Origin: Eledone cirrhosa
Taxonomy: Eukaryota
Direction: 5' to 3'
DNA: 64,000 nucleotides
Assembly (NCBI GenBank): GCA_964016885.1
Contig: OZ024744.1
Span: forward strand, 86,800,001-86,864,000
A program made the position numbers and the translations under genes. The notes below the pieces were generated by a model. It saw only the letters and a program-made list of their open reading frames with translations. It was not told the origin of the DNA and ran no database searches. Positions 43,844 to 56,400 of the stretch are shown in pieces; the first letter of the stretch is position 1, and the number at the start of each line of letters is the position of its first letter.

Positions 43844-44597
43844 CATGTATATATTTATGTAATGCATTTCTATATTAAAATAGAAGCATATATCTACATA
43901 CACATCCACAAACACACTCATAAGTATATATATATATATATATATTTATATTAAATTTTCATATAATTATTATAAAGGCATATAGAAATAACATATATAT
44001 GTATACATATATATGTATATTTTAGTGTATACATACATATATATATATATAAATAGATATTATTCGTTGTGTATATGTATATATTATCCAGTATACTCAG
44101 TTTTATCTCAAATTTTGTATATAGGATTACATTCTACATGTAATTGTATAATAGCTTTATTATTATAAATTTAAGTTTTGGAATGTTCAACAAAACTAAG
44201 CTAATCATAATTCTATGATTAAAATGAGTCATGTTTGTTATGAAATATTTCCAAAATATTTCATGTTTTAATCCATATACATGTTTATTCTTTGTTAAGC
44301 TTTATGAATGAGTTTATAATGTTTAATACACCAATATTTTAGAATTAATAATAAGCAAGAACCACATTAAATATATTCTGTTGATAAAATCTGTTTGTGG
44401 TCCTTTTTTGTTGTATTAAATACAAGGAAGTATAAAGTTATAAAAGTTAGCTACTCATCACAAAATTAATCTCATTCTCTTATTATTGAGACTAGCCAAT
44501 AATTAATGGTGGCAGTCTGTCATACCAACTATATAAACGTATGAGTATGTGTGTGTATATAGGTATATATACATGTTTCTATGTTATATATACATAT

Positions 44598-44628
<31 letters not shown>

Positions 44629-44716
44629 ATATATATACATAATAATTATATATTCTCATATAAAAAATATGTATATAATATATTTAATGTATATATATAT
44701 TATATATAAATATATA

Positions 44717-44805
<89 letters not shown>

Positions 44806-44858
44806 CATACATATAGACATATATATATATATACATATATATATATACATATACAAAT

Positions 44859-44889
<31 letters not shown>

Positions 44890-45050
44890 TTTACATATAC
44901 ACATATCAGATATACACATATATATATATACAAATATACATATATATATATATATATTTACATATACACATATCAGATATACACATATATATATATACAA
45001 ATATACATATATACACATATTTATATACATATACACATATATACATACAT

Positions 45051-45103
<53 letters not shown>

Positions 45104-45137
45104 TATACATACATTATATATATATATATATACATAC

Positions 45138-45172
<35 letters not shown>

Positions 45173-45173
45173 G

Positions 45174-45285
45174 CAGGGTGTCCCCCAAAAAATTAATACT
45201 CACTTTGATTACCTGTACAAGCAATATTTAATGAAATGCTGTCAAAGTGTGTACATTTTTTTGCGGGGGGGGGGGGGACACTCTT
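45174..45285. mobile_element. Tc1/mariner-type MITE
   Basis: CAGGGTGTCCCC..CACTTTGA / TCAAAGTG..GGGGACAC. A related right end lies at ~22370-22399. Confidence 0.6.
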
Positions 45286-45539
45286 TATATACATATATAT
45301 ACAAATGCTCGATAAGCACAAGTCTGCTGAGGGTACTGCTCTACTCCCTCTTCGAATGTAGGAGCCCATGTCTCATCAGGCTCTAAAGGAATTCTGTAGG
45401 TGTTTCGATCCCTTCCAGCTTGACATCAGAGCCTCTGGAGGCAACTCCGCATTGTAGGCGACGAAACAGTCGCACGACACCACAATATTTGGCGTGTTGA
45501 TGTAACTCCGTCCAACCCAACGCATCGTAGCAGTATATG

Positions 45540-45726
45540 ATTGTTTCTACTTTTGGCACAAGGCCAGCAATTATCCCTGTACATTACTGGTACTTTATTT
45601 TATCGTCCCCGTAAGGATGAAAAGCAAAGTTAACCTCGGCAGGTTTTGATCTCAGACCATAAATGGCCATAACTCTTTGCTGCAAAGCATGGCGTCCGAC
45701 CCCCCTACAGATACTGCCAATCCACC
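45540..45726 (-). mobile_element. tRNA-derived SINE
   Basis: Reverse complement of the consensus. Confidence 0.9.
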
Positions 45727-46168
45727 ATGATGAGGCTGGTGTTGTAATTCCGTACGAGTTGTCTCCACTCACCTCAATATGTTAAGTGCCCCATTCATCT
45801 TCTCCTTTGAGCTAACTGTTGTAACTCACTTTCTCAGCCGTCTATGATAAACCCCTCGAAATGTATTTCCTTCTCTTTGATGCCAGTCGAAGGCTCCTGA
45901 GCTTGGCAGTTCTGGTTTCGTCAAATCTTCTACAGCTTATGTTACTATCGGCGTTACATAAGGATATATAGTTTCATGGTAAAGTGTATGAATTTGGAAC
46001 GCAGCACAAAGCCGTATTCAACTATTGCCGTACTCTGTTTACAACTTATATATAGTCTGATATACTTATCCAGCTTTTTCTAAACTAAAACCGATAAAAC
46101 ACAGAGTAACACACACATACGCACTTACACACACATATATATATATACATAGATATATATATATACAG

Positions 46169-46284
<116 letters not shown>

Positions 46285-46334
46285 TTCGTTTCTGAATTTG
46301 TTATTGACAACATGACCCTCCCAAAGTATAACAA

Positions 46335-46382
<48 letters not shown>

Positions 46383-46435
46383 TAATAAGGTAATGAATTC
46401 TTTTACAATGGAATTAAAATACCCACTGAGCCGTG

Positions 46436-47186
46436 TATAAACTAATATGTATGTGATGAAACACAGATACCAACACATCTGTATATATATTGCAAAAGAA
46501 AATTTAGCCAGATTGAAGTATACTAATTATTATACTACAGTTTGTCCATATCGATTTAAAATAATAAATCAATAAAGACGAACTGCATTGCCAAAAGGCA
46601 ATGATGTTTAGACACACTTAAACTTCAAAATCAAACCTGTTCCGTAGATAAGTTTAAACTTTAAAATCCAAATATGTTTCGAGATAAATAAGTGTAGGAA
46701 TATCATGTCCTGCTCTCCAATTGTAAAAGAATTCATTACCTTATTAATATAACTGCTCCTAGTCTGAGCTGAAAGCCGCCTCATATATACGATTGTTATT
46801 TCTAGCAGTACGGTTATGAGACTAGCTAGATACTGTTAAACCATGTGCGTCACGCAGTCTTTTAAATTATTTAGAAGTGAAGCATATCAATTTGTCCCTG
46901 CATGTTTACTGAGGAGAGCAGGACATGATATTCCTACACTTATTTATCTCGAAACATATTTGGATTTTAAAGTTTAAACTTATCTACGGAACAGGTTTGA
47001 TTTTGAAGTTTAAGTGTGTCTAAACATCATAGCCTTTTGGCAATGCAGTTCGTCTTTATTGATTTATTATTTTAAATCGATATGGACAAACTGTAGTATA
47101 ATAATTAGTATACTTCAATCTGGCTAAATTTTCTTTTGCAATATATATACAGATGTGTTGGTATCTGTGTTTCATCACATACATAT

Positions 47187-47195
<9 letters not shown>
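46436..47195. repeat. Inverted repeat, 283-bp arms, 194-nt spacer (probable PLE terminus)
   Basis: 46436-46718 is the reverse complement of 46913-47195 with one mismatch. Degenerate CTGAGGA gag..ctc GAAAC at the inner edge of the right arm. Confidence 0.9.
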
Positions 47196-47229
<34 letters not shown>

Positions 47230-47284
47230 TAAAGTTAAATTTTTCCGTGTTCACGTGTGCATGTGTATGAATGTGTTTGCCTGT

Positions 47285-47320
<36 letters not shown>

Positions 47321-48077
47321 GCGCGCGTATGTGTGATCTTAGTGAAATAGATAATATACGCAATTCTGAGTTTTCGCTTATAAGAAGCAATATTCCAACA
47401 ATTTACTTTGACAGAAAGTAGAAAAATAAAACCAAATTAGCTGTCTAGGGATGATGAATTGCTCACTAGATGTATAATATAGGGAGAACTTAGATAGGAG
47501 CGTTTGTCAATCTTTATAAAATACATGTTGAGTAATGTTCACTTTTTAAAAAATAAATAAACGCCAGATTATGATCAAAATAACAACGTCACAAATTTGA
47601 TATTCTTTCGAAAAACAGCTAAAGTAAATTTCGCTTCGTATGTTAAACCGCAAGACCTCTGCTGATCTCAGTGGAGAGATCGATGTAGATGTTATATTTT
47701 CAAAAACAAACTTCTAGATAAATATTGTCATGTAATTTTTAGTGAACTAACATGGCAACATGTTTTTATTATTTTTAAAAATCGTTTACATCTAAAGTTT
47801 GATATTTGTAAGGCTATGTTCATAGAATTGCATTAATTTTATGTAATGAATGAAGGAGGAATAGGTTATGCAGTTTTAAGAAACTTTGTAAGAAAGTTTG
47901 TCTCTGTAAAAGTATATCATCTAATCTAATACATCAACTGGAAAAAATATTCTCTGATTTACTAACCTAGAAGACATTCCAACGAAAATACGCCATTGCC
48001 AAGAAATGGGTGGAGAGAAGCAGTTTAAAGGAACGTTCCTCAAGACGGTATTATAATAATAATAATAATAATAACAA

Positions 48078-48304
48078 TAATTGTTTCTACTATTGGCACA
48101 AGGCCAGCAATTAACCAGTACATTACTGGTACTTTATTTTATCGACCCCCGTGACGATGAAAGGCAAAGTTAACCTCGGCGGGATTTCTGAGTTCAAATC
48201 CCGCCGAGGTCAACTTTGCCTTTTATCCTTACGGGGTCGATAAAATAAAGTACCAGTAATGCACTGAGTAATTGCTGGCCTTGTGCCAATAGTAGAAACA
48301 ATTA
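48078..48304. mobile_element. Head-to-head inverted pair of SINE 3' halves
   Basis: 48078-48187 (-) and 48188-48304 (+), joined at the B-box. Confidence 0.9.
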
Positions 48305-48319
48305 TAATAACAATTATAG

Positions 48320-48350
<31 letters not shown>

Positions 48351-48353
48351 AAT

Positions 48354-51300
48354 GATTTCTTTATTAACCACAAGGGTTTACATAAAGTAGACATTAAGGA
48401 CAGTGCAGGACAATGCAGGACGGTACAAATGGGCATTTCTGCGTGTAAAAAAACAAAAACAGAGGATGTAACAAAAAATAACAATGAAAATAACAATGAA
48501 AAATTCCCCAATAGGGGGCAGACTTCGCAGGGACATTTGCGGAGAAAGCCCATTAAAAGGCCACAGTGACCCTGACCACCAGGGCAAGTGCCCTCTCTCA
48601 GTTTTCCACCTTTAATTTACAGACACATACTCAGAGTAGGCCCATTCACACGGGCCATACTTGCTTCTCTCACCCATATTTCAACAAAATGCTGGGAAGA
48701 GAGCACTTACCTCTCTACCCTGATTTTCCTTTTCAAATGAAATTTGAAAAAAGTTAATCAGGGCATCACCGAAGAGGTAAGTGCTCGTCTTCAGCCCTTT
48801 CAAACGTGTCCACCATACTATCTTTTTCGCCATGGCCACCAGACAGATAAAAACTGCCTGCCCTTCCCGGCTAAAGGAAGAGAGCGGGGCAATCCTCACG
48901 ATGGACTCAGCTGATAGCCGGATCCGTCCTACACGTGACAGCAGGTGTTCGACATAAACCCACAAGTCAGCAATGCTCAGACACTGGACGAGTGCGTGCA
49001 GGATGGTTTCGTCGCCCTGCGCGCATCTCGGACATGCCCGGCTGACGGTACCTCCATGCCTGTAGAGTTTATCCCGAACTGGCAAAGCTCCTCGGTGGCA
49101 CTGCCAGGCCAGGGATTTCTGGAAGTTGTCCATAGGCCCCGGCCCGAAAGTCCTTCCGAAGAGATTGGCTAGTTGATTTTCGTCGACGCCTAGAGTTTCT
49201 CCAAGTACGTCGTCGCTCTTCCCCTCCACTAATCCTCTATAGAACGCCAAGGCGGAGTTTCCACCGATCACATTGCCCGATTGGTCGAGGGATGTGAGCG
49301 CCTGAAGACATTCCAGTCTCCAAGCGCTCCCTCTCGGTCTTCGCTTGACCAAGGGCTGCAGCTCCGTCAAGGAGACGAGCTAGGGAAAGACGTGTCTAGC
49401 AAACGGCGAACACACCTGATCACCGTCGAGGAAGAGGTGGAGATGTCGTAGCCTGAGCGCGTGCCTGCGCATCATCAGCCACGGCATGCCCAGCCCTCCA
49501 CGTAGCGGGTGGTGACTGCAGATGGACCGCCTGACCATCGGAACGCGTCCCTTCCACAAAAAGCGAAAGAGCAAACAGTCCAGCGCAGTCAGGCAAGGCT
49601 TAGGACAAGGTACGACGGTCAGGCGGTAGTGGATGGCGGGCGCGATGTACGCGTTAGCCACCTCCGCACGACCTTTCAGGGATAGCTTCCTCTCCGCCCA
49701 TTTCTGTGTGAGAGAAGCCACCCTGCTCGTCACCTCGTCCCAGTTTTTGTCCGTCTGGAGGTCCGGACCGAACCAGACCACTAGCAATTTAACCGGTCCG
49801 TTCGTCCAGCGCCCGACGACGCTGTTGGACGGCATGGACCTGACTCTCCAGGTGCCGAGCTGCAGGCCCACTGACTTTTCCTGGTTGATCATTGCTCCTG
49901 TCACCGCTTCGTATTCTCTTAGTGTAGTGCCGATCGCCTCGATGTGTTTGGCGTTCGACACCACTACGGTGACATCGTCCGCATATGCTGACACGGATCT
50001 TCCGCATCCTAGTTCGCGCGGGACACCCCTCAACGTCTCCAGTTTGTGAAGTAATGGCTCGAGAGTCAATACGTACAAGAGGGACGAGAGGGGACATCCT
50101 TGGCGGACCGAGTGTATTATGTTGAACGGTTCCGAAAGGTGACCGTTCACTCTCACCACAGAGCAGATGTCGCTGTGCATGGCAGCGATCCAGCCTCTGA
50201 AGGCGGGCCCAAAGCCAGCAGCCCTCAGGACTGCAGCTAGGTAACGATGGTCGACCCTATCGAAAGCTTTCGACTGATCTAAATTGATAAAGGACCCACC
50301 CGTGCCAGGTTCCCTAGCTACCCTCTCTACGATGTATCGCATGAGGTGGAGGTTGTCGTGGATGGATCTGTCGGGAATGGCGCATGTCTGCGCCTCTCCC
50401 ACCAGACCACCAACGACAAACGCCAACCTCTTTCCTAACACCTTGGCCAAAATCTGAAATTATCTATGTTATCCCCTTTGTTCGGATCCTTTCTCAGCAG
50501 CGCCACAGAGCTGGGAATTCTCCCGTTCTGTTGACAGTTGCAGTAGACGTCCGCCAAGAGGCATCCGAACAAGTCTGGCATCTGTACGTAAAGTTCATAG
50601 GGCAGACCATCCCAACCAGGCGAATTACCCCTTGTGCAGCCAGTCATTGCCTCCCGTACTTCAGCGGCTGTTATCGACTTTTCGCAACACTCTGCCTCAG
50701 TGGCCGAGAGCCGCGGCAGCCCGTCGAGGTAGACACTAAAGTCCCTCCGTCGATTCGGCCCGCCGCTGCCCCCGAACAGCTGGGCGAAGTGTCGCTGGAA
50801 AGCTTCACACATTTTCCCGGGATCGAGTAGCATGCGCCCATGGTGGTCCACCAAAGACCGGATCGTGGCTTTGTCGCCACGACGCGCCTCCGCCACTCGG
50901 GCCCATTGAACGGCTTCCGTCCCCTCGTGTCTGAGATCACGCACCCTAGCTCTGAAAGCTTGCCCGTCTACGCTGGTCACGTCCAGCACCACCAACTTAC
51001 CTTCTGGATCCAGGAAGATGGCTGGTATGCCGAGATCCAACCTCTCAGAAAAAGCACAGCAACTCCTCCCCCGATCCCCGACGACTGGGAGATGCGTACG
51101 CATCGTAGACGCCGAAGATCGGTGCGAAGGCCCATGCTTCGGAGATTCTGGTCTCGCTGATGGCCACTACATCTATGTTTATTGACCTGAGGTCGTTGAG
51201 CATGTGGCCCTGCTTCCATGACGACCCCAAGCCACGCGCATTTATGCTGCCTATTCTGAGTGAGGTCATGTTGAAATGGAGTGGAAAAGATGAGAAAGAC

Positions 51301-53456
51301 CAGTTACCTTACTTCTCGTAGAGGAAGGACGGTTTCTCCATCCTTTTCACTGCTTGTGGCCTCCTCAGGAAGGATGTCCTTATAAATCCTCCTGGAGAGT
51401 GCTTGTCGGAAGTCTCCGATGTCTTTAGGGAATTTTTGTTTTAGTGTCATGTACGTTTTCTGTGTAATGCGAGTGATTTGTATGTGTGGAGGTGTGAACT
51501 TTTGGGTTGTTGTGTAGTCTTTTTCTGTGCTGCAGGTGTTGTGTTGGATGTAGTGTATTAATTGGTTGTTGTTCAAATTTAATGCTGTGTAGTGTGTATC
51601 GTTTTGGTTGTTTTGTTTTGTTTGCATTTGTTTTGGGTTTGCTTCTGTTTCGCTTTTGGGGTTGGTGATGGTGGTGTTGGGGTTAATGATGGTGATGGTG
51701 TTGGTGTTTGGGGTGATGGGGTTGGTGATGCTGGTGTGGATGGTGGCATATCTGTCCTAACTCTTTTTGTTTGATAGTTTATTTGTTTCCCTCTGTACTT
51801 TGTTTTTGGAGGGGGAAGGAAGAGAATTTTTTTCTTTTTTGGTTTCTTTTTTTCTTTTTTCCTGATACCGTTTCCCACTCCTCGTCGTCACAATCTGTCT
51901 CCAGTGTGATAGGCCGAGGAGTGGAAAATCCTCCACAGGCGTTAGTTTTGGTTGTGGCGTGGTGGACGGTGTAGGCGCTGGTGCTAGTTCTCGTGCGTTG
52001 GGTGGTGGTGGTGTTGGTTTTGCTACTGTTGCTAGGGTTGTTGCTGTTACAGTTGCTTCTGTTGTTGCTGCTACAGTTGTTGCTGTCATCTCTGCTGCTG
52101 GTGGTGTTGATGGTTGAGTCACTGGGGTGGGTAGGAGAGGTAGCCTCAACCTTTTAGCCTGAGGGCAGAAAGCCCTTAGGTGGGTTCCTTCATCACAAAC
52201 GACACACCTAGGCCTTCTGCCCTCGACGATTACGGTGAGGTGGCTGCCGTCAGTGAGGTCTATTACCTCTGAGATCTCCTCAATGCTTTTTTGGTCCGCT
52301 TGGATCAGGAGCTCCATCCCAGATCCGGACCAGTTCTGCTTTTCTTTCGCTATTTCGATTATCTTGGTGTTGGCTTCGATGCCGGCGAGGACGGCAGCTA
52401 TTAGCCAGGGAATTTCGATGGCCGGTGGAACGTGGGTGACCCTGATCTTTACGAGTCTCTGGCCACAATAGCTTGGGACGAGTGTGAAGTCGTCACTTCT
52501 TAATGGGGCCATGGAGTGCTTTCTAGCCTCCTGTGGTGTTTCAAAGAACAAGTCCACGGTTCAATAATTTTGCCCACGTCTTATGTGGTTTTTTTTTTTG
52601 CCCACACATGTCCCAAAGCTTTTTGGATTTAGTACTCGGATGCCCGTTTCACTCGGCGCGATTTTATATTAATTGTTCGATAAGACACGGTGCATAGACG
52701 CCGATGCTCCATTTTTTTAGGTGTGTAGGGGCGGGGGAGGGGGGGGGGGCGGAGGCTGACCCTGTACCCATATTTTTTTACCATTTTGTTGGCTTCTTCT
52801 AATTCCTCCTGAGTTACCTGAAATGCTTCGCACTGTTTTGCTACTCTGGCAAAACTCAGGGTGGTTTTCTTAATGTCATTGTTGCTGTTGTTGTTATCGT
52901 TATTATTGTTAATATTAATTTTAGTTTCAGTTGTGGTTTTGGTGGCTTCAGTGGTGTTCGGTGTGGAAGAGTTCATTTTGGTTGAATTCATTTCGATATC
53001 ACGAGTTAATTTTTTTTTCTTTTGTTTCTGTTGTCGCGGTGGCGCTGGAGGTGGTGGAGGCTTTAACACCTGCAGTCATTGGTAATGGTGGGAAATGAAT
53101 GTCTGCCTGAGACAAATTTAAAATATTGCTACTGCTTATATTTTTAGTGTTGGAAAACGTAGTAATATTTACAATGGTGGTGTCGGTAAGAGGAGTTAAT
53201 TTGTGAGGAAGGCTGTCAGCTTCGTAGTGGCTGTTAGTCATCCATGTTTTTTTCAAAGAAAGTTTTCTTTGATAATTATAAAATTTTAAATTTTGGGCTC
53301 AAGGGCCCAATCTTTTTGAGTGTCCTTTTCGGAAAACAATGTATGTTCACTTATATACAGTTAACAATAAAATTTTCCATAAATAGCAATTTTAACAACT
53401 GAAAATAACAAACCTTTACTGAGCTCACGATGATACGATTTACTACGTAGGTCGCC
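48354..53456 (-). mobile_element. Full-length decayed Tx1-clade LINE A (ORF1 ~51304-53256; ORF2 ~48620-51269 with an internal deletion)
   Basis: ORF1 zinc knuckle CVVCDEGTHLRAFC. APE start IGSINARGL..ISETR. RT RQGCPLS and YADDVT. C-terminal CPRC..HALVQC. (AAT)n on both sides. Confidence 0.95.
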
Positions 53457-53495
<39 letters not shown>

Positions 53496-53497
<2 letters not shown>

Positions 53498-56400
53498 TTT
53501 CTTTATTGGCCACAAGGGCTGACATCAGGAAAAATATTACAGACGGCACAGGACGGTACAGGACGGTACGATGTGGGTTTTGTGCGTGTAAAGATTTATA
53601 TTATTTATATAATAAAAGGAAAAAGAAGGACATAGAAACATATATATATAAACAATAAAAATGAAAATTGAAACAATGAAAAATTCCCCAATAGGGGGGA
53701 AGCCTCCGAAGGTTACTCGTGGCAAAAACCACACAAAAGACCAGGGCCACCCTGACCATCAGGGCAAGTGCCCTCTCTCAATTTTTCCATTTCTCAAACT
53801 ACAGGCGTATATTCAGAGCGGTCCCGTTCACTGGGACCATTATCGCTACATTCACCCACCTTTCAACAAACTTGCTAGAAAGCAGCACTTGCCTCTCCAC
53901 CCTGATTTTTCTCTTCACATGAAACTTGAAAAAGTTAATCAGGGATTCGCCGGAGAGGAAAGTGTCTGTCTTTAACCCTTTTAACCTTGTCCACCACACA
54001 ATCGCTTTCGCCATGGCCACCAGGCAGTTGAAAACCGCCTGCCCTTCCTCTTCGAGGGAAGATGGCGAGACCATCTGCACAATGGTCTCAGTCGATAACC
54101 GGATCAGTCCTACACGCGACAGCAACTGTTCGACATAAATCCACAAGTCAGCAATGCTCGGACACTGAACGAGTGCGTGGACGACGGTTTTGTCGCTCTG
54201 CGCGCATCTCGGACAGACTCGGCTGACGGCACTTCCGGGTCTGCAGATTTTATCTCGAACCGGCAACGCTCCCCGGTAGCACTGCCAGGCCAAGGATTTT
54301 TGGAAGTTATCCATAGGCCCCGGGCTGAAAGTTCTCCGGAATAGAGCAAACAGCTGATCTTCGACGCCCAGGATCTCTCCGAGTATGTCGTCGTTCTTTC
54401 CCTCCACTAGTCCTCTATAGAACACCGAGGTGGATGTTCCACCGATACTGGTACCAAGCTGGCAGAGGGCAGTGAGCGCTTGGAGACATTCCAGTTTCCA
54501 AGCGCTATCCCTCGGTCTTTTCCTGGCCCAGGACTGCAGCTCCGTCAAGGATGCGAGCTGTGGGAAAACGTACCTGGCGAACGGCGACCACACGTGTTCA
54601 CCGTCAAGGAAGCACCAGAGATGTCGCAGCCTCAGCGCATGTTTGCAAATCATCAGCCATGGCCAGTTCTCCACGCAACGGGTGTGAGTTGCGCCGGGGC
54701 AAGGGACGACGGTGAGGCGGTAGCAGATGACGGATGCGATGTACGCATTCGCCACCTCAGCCAATTCTGGGTGAGGGAGGCCACCTTTATCGTCACCTCG
54801 TTCCAGTTTTTCTCCATCTGGAGGTCCGGTCCGAGCCAGACCCCGAGCAATTTAACCGGTCCGTCCGTCCGACGCCCCACGACCCTGTCGGACGGCATGG
54901 ACTTTCCTCGCCAAGTGCCGAGCTGCAAGCCCACGGACTTTTCCTGGTTTATCTTTGCTCCTGTCACTGCTTCGTATTCCTTGAGAGCGGTGCCGAACAT
55001 CTGGACTTGTCTGGTGCTCGACACCACCAAGGTGACGTCGTCGGCGTGAGCCGCCTCGGATTTCCCGTATCCTAGTTCGCATAGGACGCCCCTCATCGCC
55101 CTCAGTTTGTGCAGTAACGGCTCGAGAGCCAATACGTACAAGAGGGACGAGAGGGGACAACCCTGGCGGACTGAGCGCATGATGCTGAACGGCTGCGACA
55201 GGTGACCGTTCACCCTCACAACTGAGCAGATGTCACTGTACATCGCTGCGATCCAACCCCTGAAAACGGGCCCGAAACCGGCTGCCTCGAGGACCGCCGC
55301 GAGGTACCGATGGTCGACCCTATCGAATGCTTTGGATTGATCCAAGTTGGTCAGGGCCGCATCCGTGCCAGGTTCCTTAACCGCCCTCTCTATGATGTAT
55401 GGCATGAAGTGGAGGTTGTCGTGTATGGATCTGTCCGGAATGGCGCATGTCTGCGCCCCACCCACCAGACCCCTGACGACAAGGGCCAACCTCGTTGCTA
55501 ACACGTTGGCCAAGATCTTGAACTCTGCGTTTAGCAGAGTTATGGGCCTGAAATTATCGATAACATCCCCCTTGTTCGGGTCTTTTCTCAACAGCGCCAT
55601 CGCTCCCCGGCTCTCAAAACTAGGATTGCCCCCGTTCTGCTGCCAGTTGCAGTAGACGTCTGCCAAGAGGTCACCGAACAAGTCTGTCATAAATGCATAA
55701 AGCTCGTAGGTCAGACCATCCAAACCTGGCGATTTACCCCTTGTGTATTTAGCCATCGCTTCCCGTATTTCACCGGCTGTTATTGGCTTTTCGCAACACT
55801 GTGCTGCGGTCGTCGAGAGCCGAGGCAGTCCGTCGAGGTATGCACTGAAGTCATGTCCCGATCCGGGCCGCCGCTGATCCTGAACAGTTCAGCAAAGTAC
55901 TGCTGAAAAGCTTTACACATCTGCTCGGGTTCGAGCAACACGCACCCGTTTTAGTCAGACAAAGACCGAATTGTGTTTTTATTGCCACGTCGCGCCTCTG
56001 CCACCCAGGCCCATTGGACGGCTTTTGTCCCCTCGTGTTTCAGAGCACGCGCTCTAGCTCTGACAACGCAGCCTTCGTCTTTTGCGTTGAAGATTTGGTC
56101 GAGTGTCAATCTCGCCGCAAGCATGTCGGTTGCGATGCCTGTTCTAAACGCCTCTTCTAGCCTTCTGACTAGCTCTCCCTCTACTCTATTTTCCGCTATC
56201 ACTAGTCCTTTGCTAAACCTTATCGACTCTACTTTAATTGCCCATTTCAGGGCGAACCACCACCTGTTGTTGACGACTACTCCCGTTAACGCCCGCTTAA
56301 CTAATACGCTAATCCTGTCTCTGTAGGCTTTCCGCGCCGGGAAAGACGCGTTCAGCTTCCAGTAACCGGGCTCTTGTCTATGAAGTCTGTCAATGTCGAT

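Noticed and set aside
54480-55655. Plus-strand ORFs overlapping the LINE RT (also 49633-50830)
   Set aside because: Antisense shadows of GC-rich retrotransposon coding sequence.
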